Shown: positions 36,339 to 48,165 of the stretch, one piece after another | Layout of the letters: every line of letters starts with the position of its first letter | Position numbering within the stretch: the first letter of the stretch is position 1 | From: Octopus bimaculoides | Taxonomy: Eukaryota | Length of the DNA: 51,211 bases | NCBI RefSeq assembly: GCF_001194135.2 | Contig: NC_068988.1 | Location: forward strand, 81,588,165 to 81,639,375 | Direction of reading: 5' to 3' | The notes under the pieces: generated by a model | What the model was told of the DNA's origin: nothing | Database searches by the model: none | Seen by the model: the letters and a program-made list of their open reading frames with translations, nothing else | Program-made: the position numbers and the translations under genes

Positions 36339-37995
36339 AATCATCATCATCGTTTAACGTCCATTTTCTATGTTGGCATGGGTTGGATGGTTTGACTGAG
36401 GACTGGCGAGTCAGGAGGCAGCACCAGGCTCCAATCTGATCTGACAATGTTTCTACAGCTGGATGCCCTTCCGAATGCCAACTACTCCAAGAGTGTAGTG
36501 GGTACGTTTTACATGCCACCAACATGAGAATCAGTTAGGTGGCACTGGCATCGGACACATTTGGATGGTGCCTTTTACGTGCTACCAGCACAGGAGCCAG
36601 TCGGAGTGGGGTGGGGGGCTGGAATCGACCCCGTTTGGATGGCGCTTTTTACATGCCACCGGCACAGAGAGCCAGTCAGGTAGCACTGGTAATGATCCAC
36701 ACATGAGTGGTGCTTATTGCGTGCCACCAGCATGAGAGCCAGTCAGGCAGCACTGGCATTGGCCACAACTACATTTTCCCTTTGATTGTGATTTGATTTT
36801 TGATTGTGATTTTGATTTTGATTTTACTTTTCTCAATAGGTCTCCTCAAGTACGGAATGTTGCCCGACGATTTAAAAGTACTTTTTAAATAGGCTGGTTA
36901 TCTGACACTGGTATAGGCTATGGCTGTGATCTCACTTGCCTTGCTGGGTCTTCTCAATCACAGCATATCTCCAGAGGTCTCAGTCTTTCGTCATTGCCTC
37001 TGTGAGCTCCAACATCCAAAGGTCATGCTTCACCACCTCATTCCATGTTTTCCTGGGTCTCTCTCTTCCATGAGTTCCTTCCACTGTTAGGGAGTGACAC
37101 TTCTTCACATAGCTCTCCTCATCCATACAAAGCACATAACCATACCAGCACAGTCATCTCTCTTGCATACTACATCTGATGCTTCTTATGTCCAACATTT
37201 CTCTCAAAGTGCTTGCACTCTGTTGTGTGTGCACACTGACATTACACATCTAGCAGATCATACTAGCTTAATTTCTTTCAAGCCTAAACATGTCTTCAGC
37301 AGTCACAGGCCCATGTTTCACTGTAGTGTAGCATGGTAGTTCACACATCTGCATCATACAATCTACGTTTCACTCTGAGCGAGAGGCCCTTTGTCACCAG
37401 TAGTGGTAGGAGCTTTCTGAACTTTGCCCTGGCTATTCTTATACTAGTGGCAATGCTCTCCAAGCATCCACTCCCACTACAGACTTGGTCACTTAGGTAA
37501 TGGTAGCTATCAACTACTTCTAGTTTTTCCCCCTGACATGTGATGGAATCCATTTTCTGAGCATCTGTGGTATTTTTTGCCCTTGTGCATCTGCTGCACA
37601 CAAAAGCTATCATTCCAGTTAACCTTCCTTTGATGTTGCTGCACCTCTTATGCATCCATAGCTTACACTGGGTACATCTTATGGAATTTATACTTACACC
37701 TTTTCTACAGATCGAGCAGGGCCATCTACTTGAAAAGGCTTGTGATGTATTCACCTTCCTACTTACTAGGACTTTGGTTTTTGCAACATTGACTCTGAAG
37801 CCCTTTGATTCTAAACCTTGCTTCCATAACTGAAATTTATTCTCTAGTTCTGGTATTGATTCTACTATGAGAGCAGGGTCATCAGCATAGAGGAGCTCCC
37901 AGGGGCAACCCGTCTTGAATTCCTCTGTTATTGCCTGGAGGACAATGATGAATAAGTGGGGGCTGAGAGCTGATCCTTGGTGAACCCCCACTTCT
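36339..37995 (-). mobile_element. 5'-truncated RTE-clade LINE: RT with PHD insert, C-terminus, tandem-repeat 3' UTR, (ATG)n tail
   Basis: GVHQGSALSP, LLYADD, GFRVNVAKTK and EVVDSYHYL RT motifs in ORF 37341-37991; tail rc of atcatcatcatcgtttaacgtcc. Confidence 0.92.
37341..37991 (-). pseudogene. Reverse transcriptase fragment with C4HC3 PHD finger (37587-37718)
   Basis: YADD at ~37878-37889; CSIC...CTQC...HKRC...CSRC. Confidence 0.9.
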
Positions 37996-38334
37996 ACCTA
38001 GAATTCTTCACTCTACTCATTGCCACTCAGACAATTATATCCTTAACTTAATTATCAAATAAACTCAATATAACACTGTATATGGAAGAGTTTGGCTATT
38101 TTAGTTGCAAGTACCTCCCATATGATAGTCTTGTACTTAGCTGACCCCCAGGTGATGGTAAAAGACATTGTAAAAGGTGCTATGCCAGAGAATTGATCCT
38201 AGGATTTCATTGCAGCAACACAAACTTCTTAACCCTTTAACCAGATTGAAACGTTTGATCATACATAGATATGTATGTATACACTCATAAACATACATAC
38301 TCACACCCAGATACATATATACAGACATACACAC

Positions 38335-38365
<31 letters not shown>

Positions 38366-39974
38366 CCATAGAAACCCATGTAATTTGCGCAGGTGTAATT
38401 TACGCAGGTGTAATTTAAGCAGGTGTAATTTACGCAGGTGTAATTTACGCAGGTGATTTTCAGGATAAAAGTTGCTAAAAAAAGCTTCTGCTCATGTAAA
38501 ATTCACACACAAAGTTTTCAGAGTTGCTGATATGGCCAGGGAAAAACGGCTTTCAATTTAGTTGTATTTAGCATATTTACACTTACTTATGATTAGATTT
38601 TATTAAATTTTCATTAAATAGAAATAATTTCTGTTTAACAGGTATCACATTGAAAGCTATTAAATTACAAAGTGTTTGTGTTGTTTATAATAAAGTTTAT
38701 TTTACATTTCATGCCCATAAGAGATTATGTTCAATCTTTAGCATACTTTTGTATGTCTTCTCAAATCATGATCTCAAGAAAAGTTGTTGATCATATTTTC
38801 AACAGAAACAAAGCTGGTAAATATGCACAAGTGTTGCAAAATAAGTTTAATTACCAATAAACATCATCTTGGATGACACTTTACTCAACTGACAGAGGAA
38901 GTGACCAATCAAACTAATTATGTAAACAGAATTCTGACTGGTCAAAAGTGTCTTCTTGTCTCAAGCTCTGATTTTCTGTCTATTCTTGTCGGAACCTTTG
39001 ATACGGAGTATCGAAATTTTAATCCCTTTCACATTTATAAAATGTCAAGCAAGCTTAAAAATTTGTCATTACTGTTTTAGTCAGGAGACCAAACTGACAG
39101 TTTGGTAACCTGCTAAATTAAACATTAAAAATCAAAAGGAGAAAATAAACAGCTTTGCAAATTTAACTCAGTGTTTATTGAACAAGAGAGGTGCGAAATT
39201 TAAGATGTGACTTATTAGAATATACACATTTGTGAGGAGACATAAACAAGAATAGCAAAAATCTACTTCATCAAAAGAACTGGTAATACATACATTACAA
39301 GTGTTCTATGAAAAGAACATTGCTGCATAATTCAACATGAATGTGAAAACAGCATTAGACATTGTATAAGGTAAATGAAGGTTTCTGTAGGAACTCTGAG
39401 TCATATTCACTTAGTGAGTTTACATGTACAAGGATGAATTATGATGTTGTTGTCGATGTTAAGTGCAGTTAGAGATGGTGGTAGTGATGTTGGTGATGAT
39501 GAATTTCATTGTCCTGCTACGGAGAAAGCGAGCAATAGCTACCTGGAGGAAAATGCAAGCTAGACTTCTTAAGCAAAAAAAAACTGATATATTTAAGGAA
39601 ATTGCTGGGCGCCATTGCGTTAAGTAGAAACTCCAAGCAATGTAAAATATGGCCAGAATGTGATTACCAGCATGAACATCAAACTTCAAAAAGTAGTTGA
39701 CCATTTAATGGTTTTAGTAAACTTATACAAAAAAGTAAGCATTATACCGTCCAGCATAAATAAAAGTCAACTTCATTATATTTTTTCTGTAAAAACCTAT
39801 TTTGACATTAAGTGAGTCAACTTCCAGTATGAATATTTACATTCGTACATAATTTTTCAACAAAAAAATTTATAAAATAATTCTGGAAACAATCTACTCA
39901 TATGATTTATGCACCCACTAAAGTTTGTTTTTGTTTTTGCGAAAAAAGTGCATAAATTACATAAGTTTTTATGG
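38366..39974. mobile_element. 1.6-kb non-autonomous DNA transposon (Tc1/mariner-pogo-like)
   Basis: TA flanks (38364-65, 39975-76); ~26-bp imperfect TIR CCATAGAAACCCATGTAATTTGCGCA / TGCATAAATTACATAAGTTTTTATGG; inserted in (TACA)n. Confidence 0.75.
38379..38453. repeat. 15-bp tandem repeat x5 (TGTAATTTACGCAGG)
   Basis: Five contiguous units, subterminal in the transposon. Confidence 0.95.
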
Positions 39975-40269
39975 TATACATACACACATACATATACAAA
40001 AACATATATACATACACATACAAAAACAAATATATACACACACACATACATACACACATACACATACATACATATATGCATACACAAAAACATATATACA
40101 TACATACACAAAAACATATACATACATACATACAAACATACACAAAGACATATATATACATACATATGCAAAAAACATATTCATTTACACACACATACAT
40201 GTGTACACAGAATTCTTTTTAAGCATTTCTTTGACACACAGAAACGGTAAACAAAAGTTTAGAAGAGAT

Positions 40270-40700
40270 CATTTTTTTCTTTTCCCTTTTGTCTTTTTTT
40301 AACTTGCTGGGACTGATAGAATGCCAGTCCTTGGATCAAGGATGCAACAAAGTTGTTTCATGATTCTTTGGTAGCTATAAAAGTGTGTTCATGACAGGGA
40401 GGTTGAGTTCATTGCGAAAAAGACAGCATACACAGCTTACACAACCCATAACTATTCATTATGTCTACATTCCACCTGCCAATCACATACGACCAGCTAT
40501 CAGAGTTAGAGCCTACCCTGACATTAAAGTCACAAAACAACAGGACCTTGTCATTAGCAGGGATTTTCAAGATGACAGAATATTAGCTGTCAAAAAATAT
40601 CTTTTTCACATTCATAGCATGACGACGGTCAGAGTATAGCAGCTTATTAAATAAACTGAATTTTCCTCCTTCAGTCAGAATTCTATCTGAATTCTCTCTC
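40270..40700 (-). pseudogene. RTE apurinic endonuclease (APE) remnant
   Basis: VILKIPANDKVLLFCDFNVRVGSNSDSW matches the GDFNARVG motif; downstream HP*SKDWH matches WMHPRSKHWH. Confidence 0.75.
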
Positions 40701-40889
40701 CTTTCTAGAGATTTCTTTAATGGTCACAAGTGATGCAAGTGTTGGATGGGTGTGTGTATGGCCCCATCAAGTGTGATTGGCTGGGTTGACCATACAGTTA
40801 GGCCGGTAAGAAATATGGACGGGTGAGTAAAAGAAAAACTCAAGGAGTGCTGCAGAATTGTGTGAGCATCAGAGTTAATGTTTGGTGGT

Positions 40890-41065
40890 ATTTGTTCTGG
40901 TTCTATACATTCTTAGTTTAAATTCTGCCATTTATGAATTTTACCTTTTCATCTCTCTGGGGTCAATATAATAAAGTACCAATTAAGTACTTGAGTTGAT
41001 GTGGTTTACCTTTCTCCACAAAAATTCAAGCCTTGTGCCTAAAAGAGTAACAATTATTATTATTA
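40890..41065 (+). mobile_element. Decayed SINE family C with (ATT)n tail
   Basis: ttttcatctctctggggtcaat..ataaagtacc...gccttgtgcct...attattatt. Confidence 0.6.
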
Positions 41066-41124
41066 TTATCATTATTTTATGATTGACTTTTGTTTTGCAT
41101 TTGTACAAGTTGGATCCAAGTCTC

Positions 41125-41190
<66 letters not shown>

Positions 41191-41294
41191 GCTGAAAGAA
41201 GCCTCTCATATACATGTGTGCATGGATGTTTGCACATGCATAAATGTGTGTGTGAGCATATGTGTACATGTATGTGTATGTCCCTATCCTTATC

Positions 41295-41465
41295 CTGATA
41301 TCATGTAAACATGTTCAGCCAAGGGAAAATGTTACCCTAGTTGGAAACAGGTGAGTGTTGGAGACAGAAAGAGCATCCAATCATAGAAAATTTGCCTCAA
41401 TGAATTCCCATCTGACTCATACAACCACAGAAAAGTGGACATTAAATGATGATGATTATTATTAT
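41295..41465 (+). mobile_element. Family B repeat
   Basis: ttggaaacaggtgagtgttgg...aaaagtggacattaaatgatgatg. Confidence 0.75.
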
Positions 41466-41559
41466 CTTAAACATGATGCTTTTAGATGTCTCATATGTTT
41501 CAATTACACCCTCCCCACATACACAGAGGTAATTATATCACATAATTATATCAATTCTT

Positions 41560-41955
41560 TTATTCTTTTACTTGTTTCAATCATTTGACTGTAGCCATGC
41601 TGGAGCACTGCCTTGAAGGGTTTTAGTTAAACAAATTGACCCCAGAACTTTTTTTTCTAAGCCTAGTATTTATTCTATCGGTCTCTTTTACTGAATCACT
41701 AAGTTATGGGGACATAAACATACCAATACCAGGTGCCAAGCTGGACAAATGTGGGACAAATACAGACACAATGACACACACATACATAGATATATGTATA
41801 CACACAAACACACACACACATATATATATATGACGGGCTTCTTTCAGTTTCCATCTACCAAATCCATTCACAAGGCTTGTCCAAGGTGCCACGCAGTAGG
41901 GCTGAATCCAGAACCATGTGGTTGGGAAGCAAGCATCTTACCACACAGCCACACC
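41560..41955 (-). mobile_element. SINE family A
   Basis: Tail to head match, with an internal deletion. Confidence 0.8.
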
Positions 41956-42070
41956 AGAGTGTAGGCTCAAAACATAAAAGACTTTCTCACTTCCCATGAG
42001 TTAAACTAATACATCTGTTTGTTGTTTACACACCCGCCTTCATCTTTATATTTTTGTAAATTCTCACTAT
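41956..42070 (+). mobile_element. Penelope-like repeat fragment, same family as 21750-21870
   Basis: gtaggctcaaaacataaaagactttc...actaatacatctgtttgttgtttacac. Confidence 0.6.
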
Positions 42071-42073
42071 GTA

Positions 42074-42116
<43 letters not shown>

Positions 42117-42257
42117 NNNNNNNNNNNNNNNNNNNNNNNNNNNNNNNNNNNNNNNNNNNNNNNNNNNNNNNNNNNNNNNATATATTTCAATATGTGACCG
42201 TGTGTGTATCGCTGGCGATTTTCTTTCTCCATCTTCCCTTCTTTGGACTTTTTCTAT

Positions 42258-42292
42258 ATTTCTGATGAAGAGCTCTGCTCGAAATGTGAAAT
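42258..42292 (+). ncRNA. Decayed minimal hammerhead motif
   Basis: ATTT-CTGATGA-A-GAGC tct GCTC-GAAA-TG-TG-AAAT; the triplet is GUG (non-cleavable). Confidence 0.55.
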
Positions 42293-42391
42293 CCTCTTTC
42301 TTTTCTTTCTTGGACATCCAATAACACTGTATTTATTCCACATCCTCGCATTGTTGTTTTTCCATGTTTTTTCTTGCTTGTTCATGTTTGG

Positions 42392-42433
<42 letters not shown>

Positions 42434-42489
42434 GACCTGCCCACCTCAACAAAACCGAGTTCTGGAAACACTGTGTATTTCCACCCATG

Positions 42490-42805
42490 CATATTATTGA
42501 CACATGCCACCTCAGTGAACCAAACTACATCTCTACTTCAATAACTGTACTTGTCACCTACTCCTACCCCAGCCACTCCTGCAGCCCAATGCTGCTCTGT
42601 CATTTCTCTCTTCTGTCCTCCCACTGCCAATTGCATCATTGCTATTCTGCTGTTCCCCTATATACTTGTGTTTCACTACTCACCACATTCCCCTTTTCCT
42701 TTCCTCTCCCCTTTGTACTTTAATGGACTCCCTGCTGTCCAACCCTCTACCCCTTCATTTACATTCACTACCTTGTACCTTTAGGGTACACCCTGGCATG
42801 TCACC

Positions 42806-42857
<52 letters not shown>

Positions 42858-43185
42858 CCTGTCTTCATCTGAGTGGGGTAACTATGCATCTTGTCTACAG
42901 TAAGACACCTATTTCTGACCCTCTATCGTAGTTTAACCTCTCATCACCTGACACAAAGCCACCTCTCCCAATACTCCTCTTCCTCTCAGATGAGGGATCT
43001 GTTTCTTGCATGTTATTTGGTGATCTCACAGGTGCTGTTGCCATGGTTGGCATTAGGAAGGGCATCTAGCCATAGATATTATGCTGCAGCAGACAGAAGA
43101 GCTTGGCACAGCCATCTGGCTTACCAGCTCCTGTTAAGCCATCCAACCTATGCCAGTGTGGAAAACAGACATTAAACGGTGATAC
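42490..43185 (+). mobile_element. Unclassified LINE 3' region with RTE-type tail
   Basis: Shares sequence with 32740-33110; ends ggcattaggaagggcatc...ccaacctatgccagtgtggaaaacagacattaaacggtgat. Confidence 0.5.
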
Positions 43186-44610
43186 ACACACATACACACA
43201 TACATATGCATACATATATATTTGTATGATTGTATATGTATACACAATCGTACCTATATATATGTCTATTGATATAACTATTTATAACTAGTTATAGTAA
43301 CTGAGATATCTGAATGGCCGTCGGAGAGTGTCTGCTATAAAGTTAACACGATACAGACACTGCTCAGCTTTTATTTCATAAAATGAAACAAGCAGAGTAA
43401 ATTGACCAGGCTAAAAGTTCAGTGAGATGCTACTTTAGGTTGGGTTTGATCTCATTAACTATGTATCAAGTAGCCTGACCTATACTCCTTCAGCCATCAT
43501 ACATCTTAGGTTACACATTGACTTCAATAACCACATAGTGTCATTAATACTAAATGGTGTTATTAAACATTCTCTTTATATTTAATATATCCTTTATTAT
43601 TAGTGTTGTTGTTGTCATCCTAATCATCATCATCACCATTATTACCACCAGCACCAGCACCAGCACCAGCACCACCACTTTTTATTATAAATGTAAATTT
43701 AATTTCGCATAATTTGTCACTACTCTTGATAAAATCCTGCTTGCAAAATCTTTTTATCTATATTCTCACTCCTAAACCTACAGATATTATGGTAAATCAA
43801 ACACTTCCCCAAGCACATCGCTATCTCTGTGGAAAATCATTATGACCTTCATAAAATTTACCATTTATCAATTTGTTCCGATCATTTGATTATTCTTCAT
43901 TATGATGCCAAAACTTGAGACATTTCTAAAATACAATATTCCTTTCTCCAATAGAGCTACACAATAAAACTTCATTTATTGGAGATGGCACCACAGCTAT
44001 GCAACATATTAAATGTCTGACAATATGCTATCTGCTTTCAAAACTCTCATTTAATATACAACAAAAGTATGAGAGTCATATTCTGTATTTATCATATCAT
44101 CTTCAATTCAATTGGCTATTTCATTTCTTTATACTAAACTTTACTTACCTTAAATACTAATCATTAGCTGCAATTGTCCCTTACCATTATTATTTAAACA
44201 TCATGTTACTAGTTCATTCTTTGCCTTATAACAATAAGTGTTTGTATAAACTTTTAAACTATTGGGTTACTGGAAATATATATATAAATTGAGATGACAA
44301 AACATTAACTAAAGAAAAATCTCAAACTTTTCTCTATTTACTCAGTTGCTTTGAATAAAGTCAGTTATTGTTGATATTATATGAACCGTTCATATCAGTT
44401 AGCATTAATGATATGCAAGCATCAGTTCTGATAGTGAAGAATTCTGTTATAATCCAATATAGCAAGATGTAAGTTGTAGGAACACTCTATTGTAGCAGAG
44501 ATGGAGATTTATTTCTATTTCATTCAGTAAGCTACATTAAAGAAGACACCAAAGTGTAAGTGATGGTGGTGGTAGTTGCAGCAGTAGCAGCAGTAGTAGT
44601 AGTGGTAGTG

Positions 44611-44658
<48 letters not shown>

Positions 44659-45754
44659 TCATTAGTAGAAGGAGATTAAGGACTTAAAAACCTGAGACTA
44701 TTCAGTTATCATTTAAAATGTGCACAGCAGCGTTATCAATTCTGAATGACATCCACCACTCCTGCACACACACACACACAAGCACACACACACACACACA
44801 TACATACATACACATGTCCTCCTCCGTCTTATATATATATATATATATATATACATACACATCCATATACATACACACATATGTATATATGTATATATAT
44901 ATGTATGTATGCATATGTATATATGTGTGTGTGTGTCTCTCTCTCTCTATATATATATATAAATATATATATATGCGTATATGTATATATGTATATGTGT
45001 ATATATGTGTATATGTTTATATGTGTATGTGTTTATATGTATATGTGTACATACACCCATACACACACGTACACAAGTAGACACACATACAATATTTCTG
45101 TTTCAGTGGAAGCAACAACAGAACAATGATTGTTGTGAATGTAATGTTAGTTAAATATCCAGGTGCCTCCATGGCTGCCAATAAGCCATTCTCTTCAGAA
45201 TGGTTCTCTAAGCAATCTGTGGCAGCTGTTTTGGCTAAAACCAAAAAGCTCAGGAAGCCTCACTGATACAAACCAATTGTCCTTTCTTACTAGCTATAAA
45301 TTCTTGCAAACAATGAAACGAAACTATAAAACAATGTTTCTCTACAGTAGATATTCAACAGACATTCAAACCAGCACCATCACCACGGCTTCTCTGGCCT
45401 CTAGCCTAATGTTTCACAAATGCCAGAAAGGAAGGAATAAATCTTTATGACTTTATCCACACAGCCCTACCACAAGCTTCCAAGATAATGTGGTCTTTTA
45501 ACTGACTATATCCTGCCTCTACCGTTTACACATAAAATCTCCCATTTAACAAATTTATTACTTCCCTTTAAGTCACCAAGTCATTAATTATCTCTCTTTC
45601 TTCAGTTTTTTTTCTTTTCCATTCTTTATTTTCATATTCCTTTCCTTTCTTTTCCGTTTCTGGCTTTCTTTCTAAATATCAGTATCTAACTTGCATATAT
45701 ACACACACTTACACACACAAACACAAACTCATATGTGCATGCACAGACACAGAT

Positions 45755-45756
45755 GT

Positions 45757-45850
<94 letters not shown>
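45755..45850. repeat. (CA)n microsatellite
   Basis: Directly visible. Confidence 0.95.
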
Positions 45851-45852
<2 letters not shown>

Positions 45853-46289
45853 ACATCATATCTGCTTGAAACTCATGATTTTCTCCTTTCCTACTCTGAT
45901 TCTTTATGTGTCCAGTCAAGCAACAAAAAATTCTAGTAGAACCTTCCAACACGTATTGAGTAGTCTTCTTCTGTTGTGTATATCTAAACTCTATACATAC
46001 ATGCATACATATATATATATTTACACATGCACATATACCATATGATACATATTTATCATATACCTTGATACTGTGTGGACTAACTAAGATCCTCATTGAC
46101 AGGATGCTGGTATTTATAAAGAGTTAAATGCTTTTGGTATGCATATTAAGGACTCCTTCATAGAGTAACTACAGCATTTGTTGAGTATATAAATAGTTTG
46201 GCTACTTGCTTCTCTGGAGACTATCACAATGATGTAGATGCCTCTGATGAAAACCCAATAAGGTTCGAAAAATTTTTTTTTTTTTCAGT

Positions 46290-46600
46290 TTGCATATGTA
46301 TGTATGTATTCGCTGGACGTTGCCCTATCTAATCATCATTTATTCTGCAGTCTTCAAAATCATCTGTATGGAAAAAATATGAATTCTGTAGACGAGGTCA
46401 GAACAGCACTGGAGGAATATTTTTCATCACGGGCAAGTGAATGGTGGAAGAGGGGCCTTGCAAGTCTACCAGATAGCTGGAAGAGTATTGTAGAAAATGC
46501 AGGAGAGTATATTTTAGATTAAAAAAGAACTTTGTTTATCTTAATTTTGAAATATAAAAGAAGTATAAAAAAACTGCATTATTCATGGGATGACCCAATG
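46290..46600 (+). mobile_element. mariner transposase 3' fragment with right TIR (different family from 4572)
   Basis: YSLDVALSNHHLFCSLQNHL...WWKRGLASLPDSWKSIVENAGEYILD* matches YSPDLAPSDYHLFRSLQNHL; TIR-like aaaactgcattattcatgggatgacccaa. Confidence 0.9.
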
Positions 46601-46619
46601 TATATATACTGTGTGAGTG

Positions 46620-47085
46620 TGTGTGTGCTTGTATATAGAATAATATGAGGGACTGTTTTCAGTTCCTGAGTACAAAATTTACTCACAAGACTTTGGTTAG
46701 TCTGGGGTAATATTTGAAGAGAAAATACTTGCTCAAGGTGTCAGCTAATGGGATTGAGTGCAAAACCATGTGGTTGGGAAGGAAGCCTCTCAGCCACACA
46801 GGTAAGACTGCACCTGCACAGCACCTTGGGCAAATGTCTTCTATTATAGATCAGGGCTTACCGATGCCTTAACAGTGAATTTAGTAGAAACTATGTGAAG
46901 CCTGTTGCATATATATATTGTGTGTGTGTCTTTGTATTTGTGTTTTTTCCCTACACAGCTTGATACAAGAGCTGGTTTGTTTACATCCCTAAAACAGCAG
47001 TTCAGTGAAAAAGCCTGATAAATACTAGACCTGAAAATAGTTCCTAGTAAATGTTTCAAGCAAGTGCCTCAGTATGGCTGTATTA
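46620..47085. mobile_element. Two divergent SINE A fragments (46620-46810 minus, 46815-47085 plus)
   Basis: Decayed head on minus abutting body and tail on plus. Confidence 0.65.
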
Positions 47086-47131
47086 ATAATAATAATGATA
47101 ATAATATAATAATAATAACAATGATAATCAT

Positions 47132-47904
47132 CCTTAAACAAACCTTATTCAGGGAACTTTGGAGTGGGATGGGCGACTTGACCTGATGAAAATTCTAACT
47201 GGGTTCCACCCGTAAAGGTCATGTATTATTTATCATGATATGAGATCACTGCCATGCATGCGGAGTAGTGATGGAGGTTCCCAGTGTTCCTCTGTGTCAC
47301 TTTGATAGCATGCACTGCTCTCTCACTCAATAATGATAATAATAATAACATGCCCTGATGTAGTATCAGGCAGTGGTTTTCATGGCTTCTCATCTTAACT
47401 GATTGGAAGTGTTATCATTTACATTGTTTTGTCTTGGTATAAAAGGTGGGATACAGCAAATATTCTGCTTAATACCACAGATTTGCTTGTGAGTTGCTTG
47501 ACCATAACCAGCTGAACATGTCCCTTGGTGGCTGATGATATGTGCATCTCTGATTATGAGCAGAAGTAGTGGGGGAGTATCATAGCCATGTGTTGAGAGG
47601 AATTCTTTGAAGTTTGGATAATTCACCTCTGGAAACATTGGTGTTCCATTCAACACCCTTAAACAACCCTTATTTAGGAACCTTTTGAGTGGGATGGGCT
47701 ACTTGATCTGAAGAAAATTCTAACTGGGTCCCACCTGCAAGGTCATGTGCTGTTTACCTTGATATGAGATCACCATGTCATGCACATATGGTTGTGATGC
47801 ATGTGCCTAGTGTACCCTTATCAGACGGGTAGTCATGATGGGTATACTGGGCTTCATATATTTTACCTCAGTATCACTTTGATGGCATGCACTGCTCTCT
47901 CACA
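47132..47904 (+). mobile_element. Unclassified (TAA)n-tailed repeat X, two tandem copies (47132-47328 short; 47349-47904 long)
   Basis: Shared ccttaaacaa.ccttatt...gagtgggatgggc...aaaattctaactggg...ggcatgcactgctctctcac-(AAT)n; no ORF homology recognised. Confidence 0.75.
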
Positions 47905-47911
47905 CAACAAC

Positions 47912-47977
<66 letters not shown>

Positions 47978-48158
47978 CGCTTCTACTATAGGCACAAAGC
48001 CTGAAAATTTGGGTCAGGTGTTAGTCAATTACATCGATTCCAGTATGCAACTGGTACATATTTTATGAACCTTGGAAATAACTGAGCTCAGAATGTAAAG
48101 ATTAAATGTCGCTAAGCATTTTGCCCAGCATGCTAACAATTCTGCCAGCTCACTGCCT
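47978..48158 (-). mobile_element. SINE family C
   Basis: rc head aggcagtgagctggcagaattgttagcatg; sense tail (ATT)n. Confidence 0.85.
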
Positions 48159-48165
48159 AAATAAT

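Noticed and set aside
38379-38453. Regular short repeats resembling CRISPR
   Set aside because: Contiguous 15-mers without spacers, eukaryotic context, no cas genes
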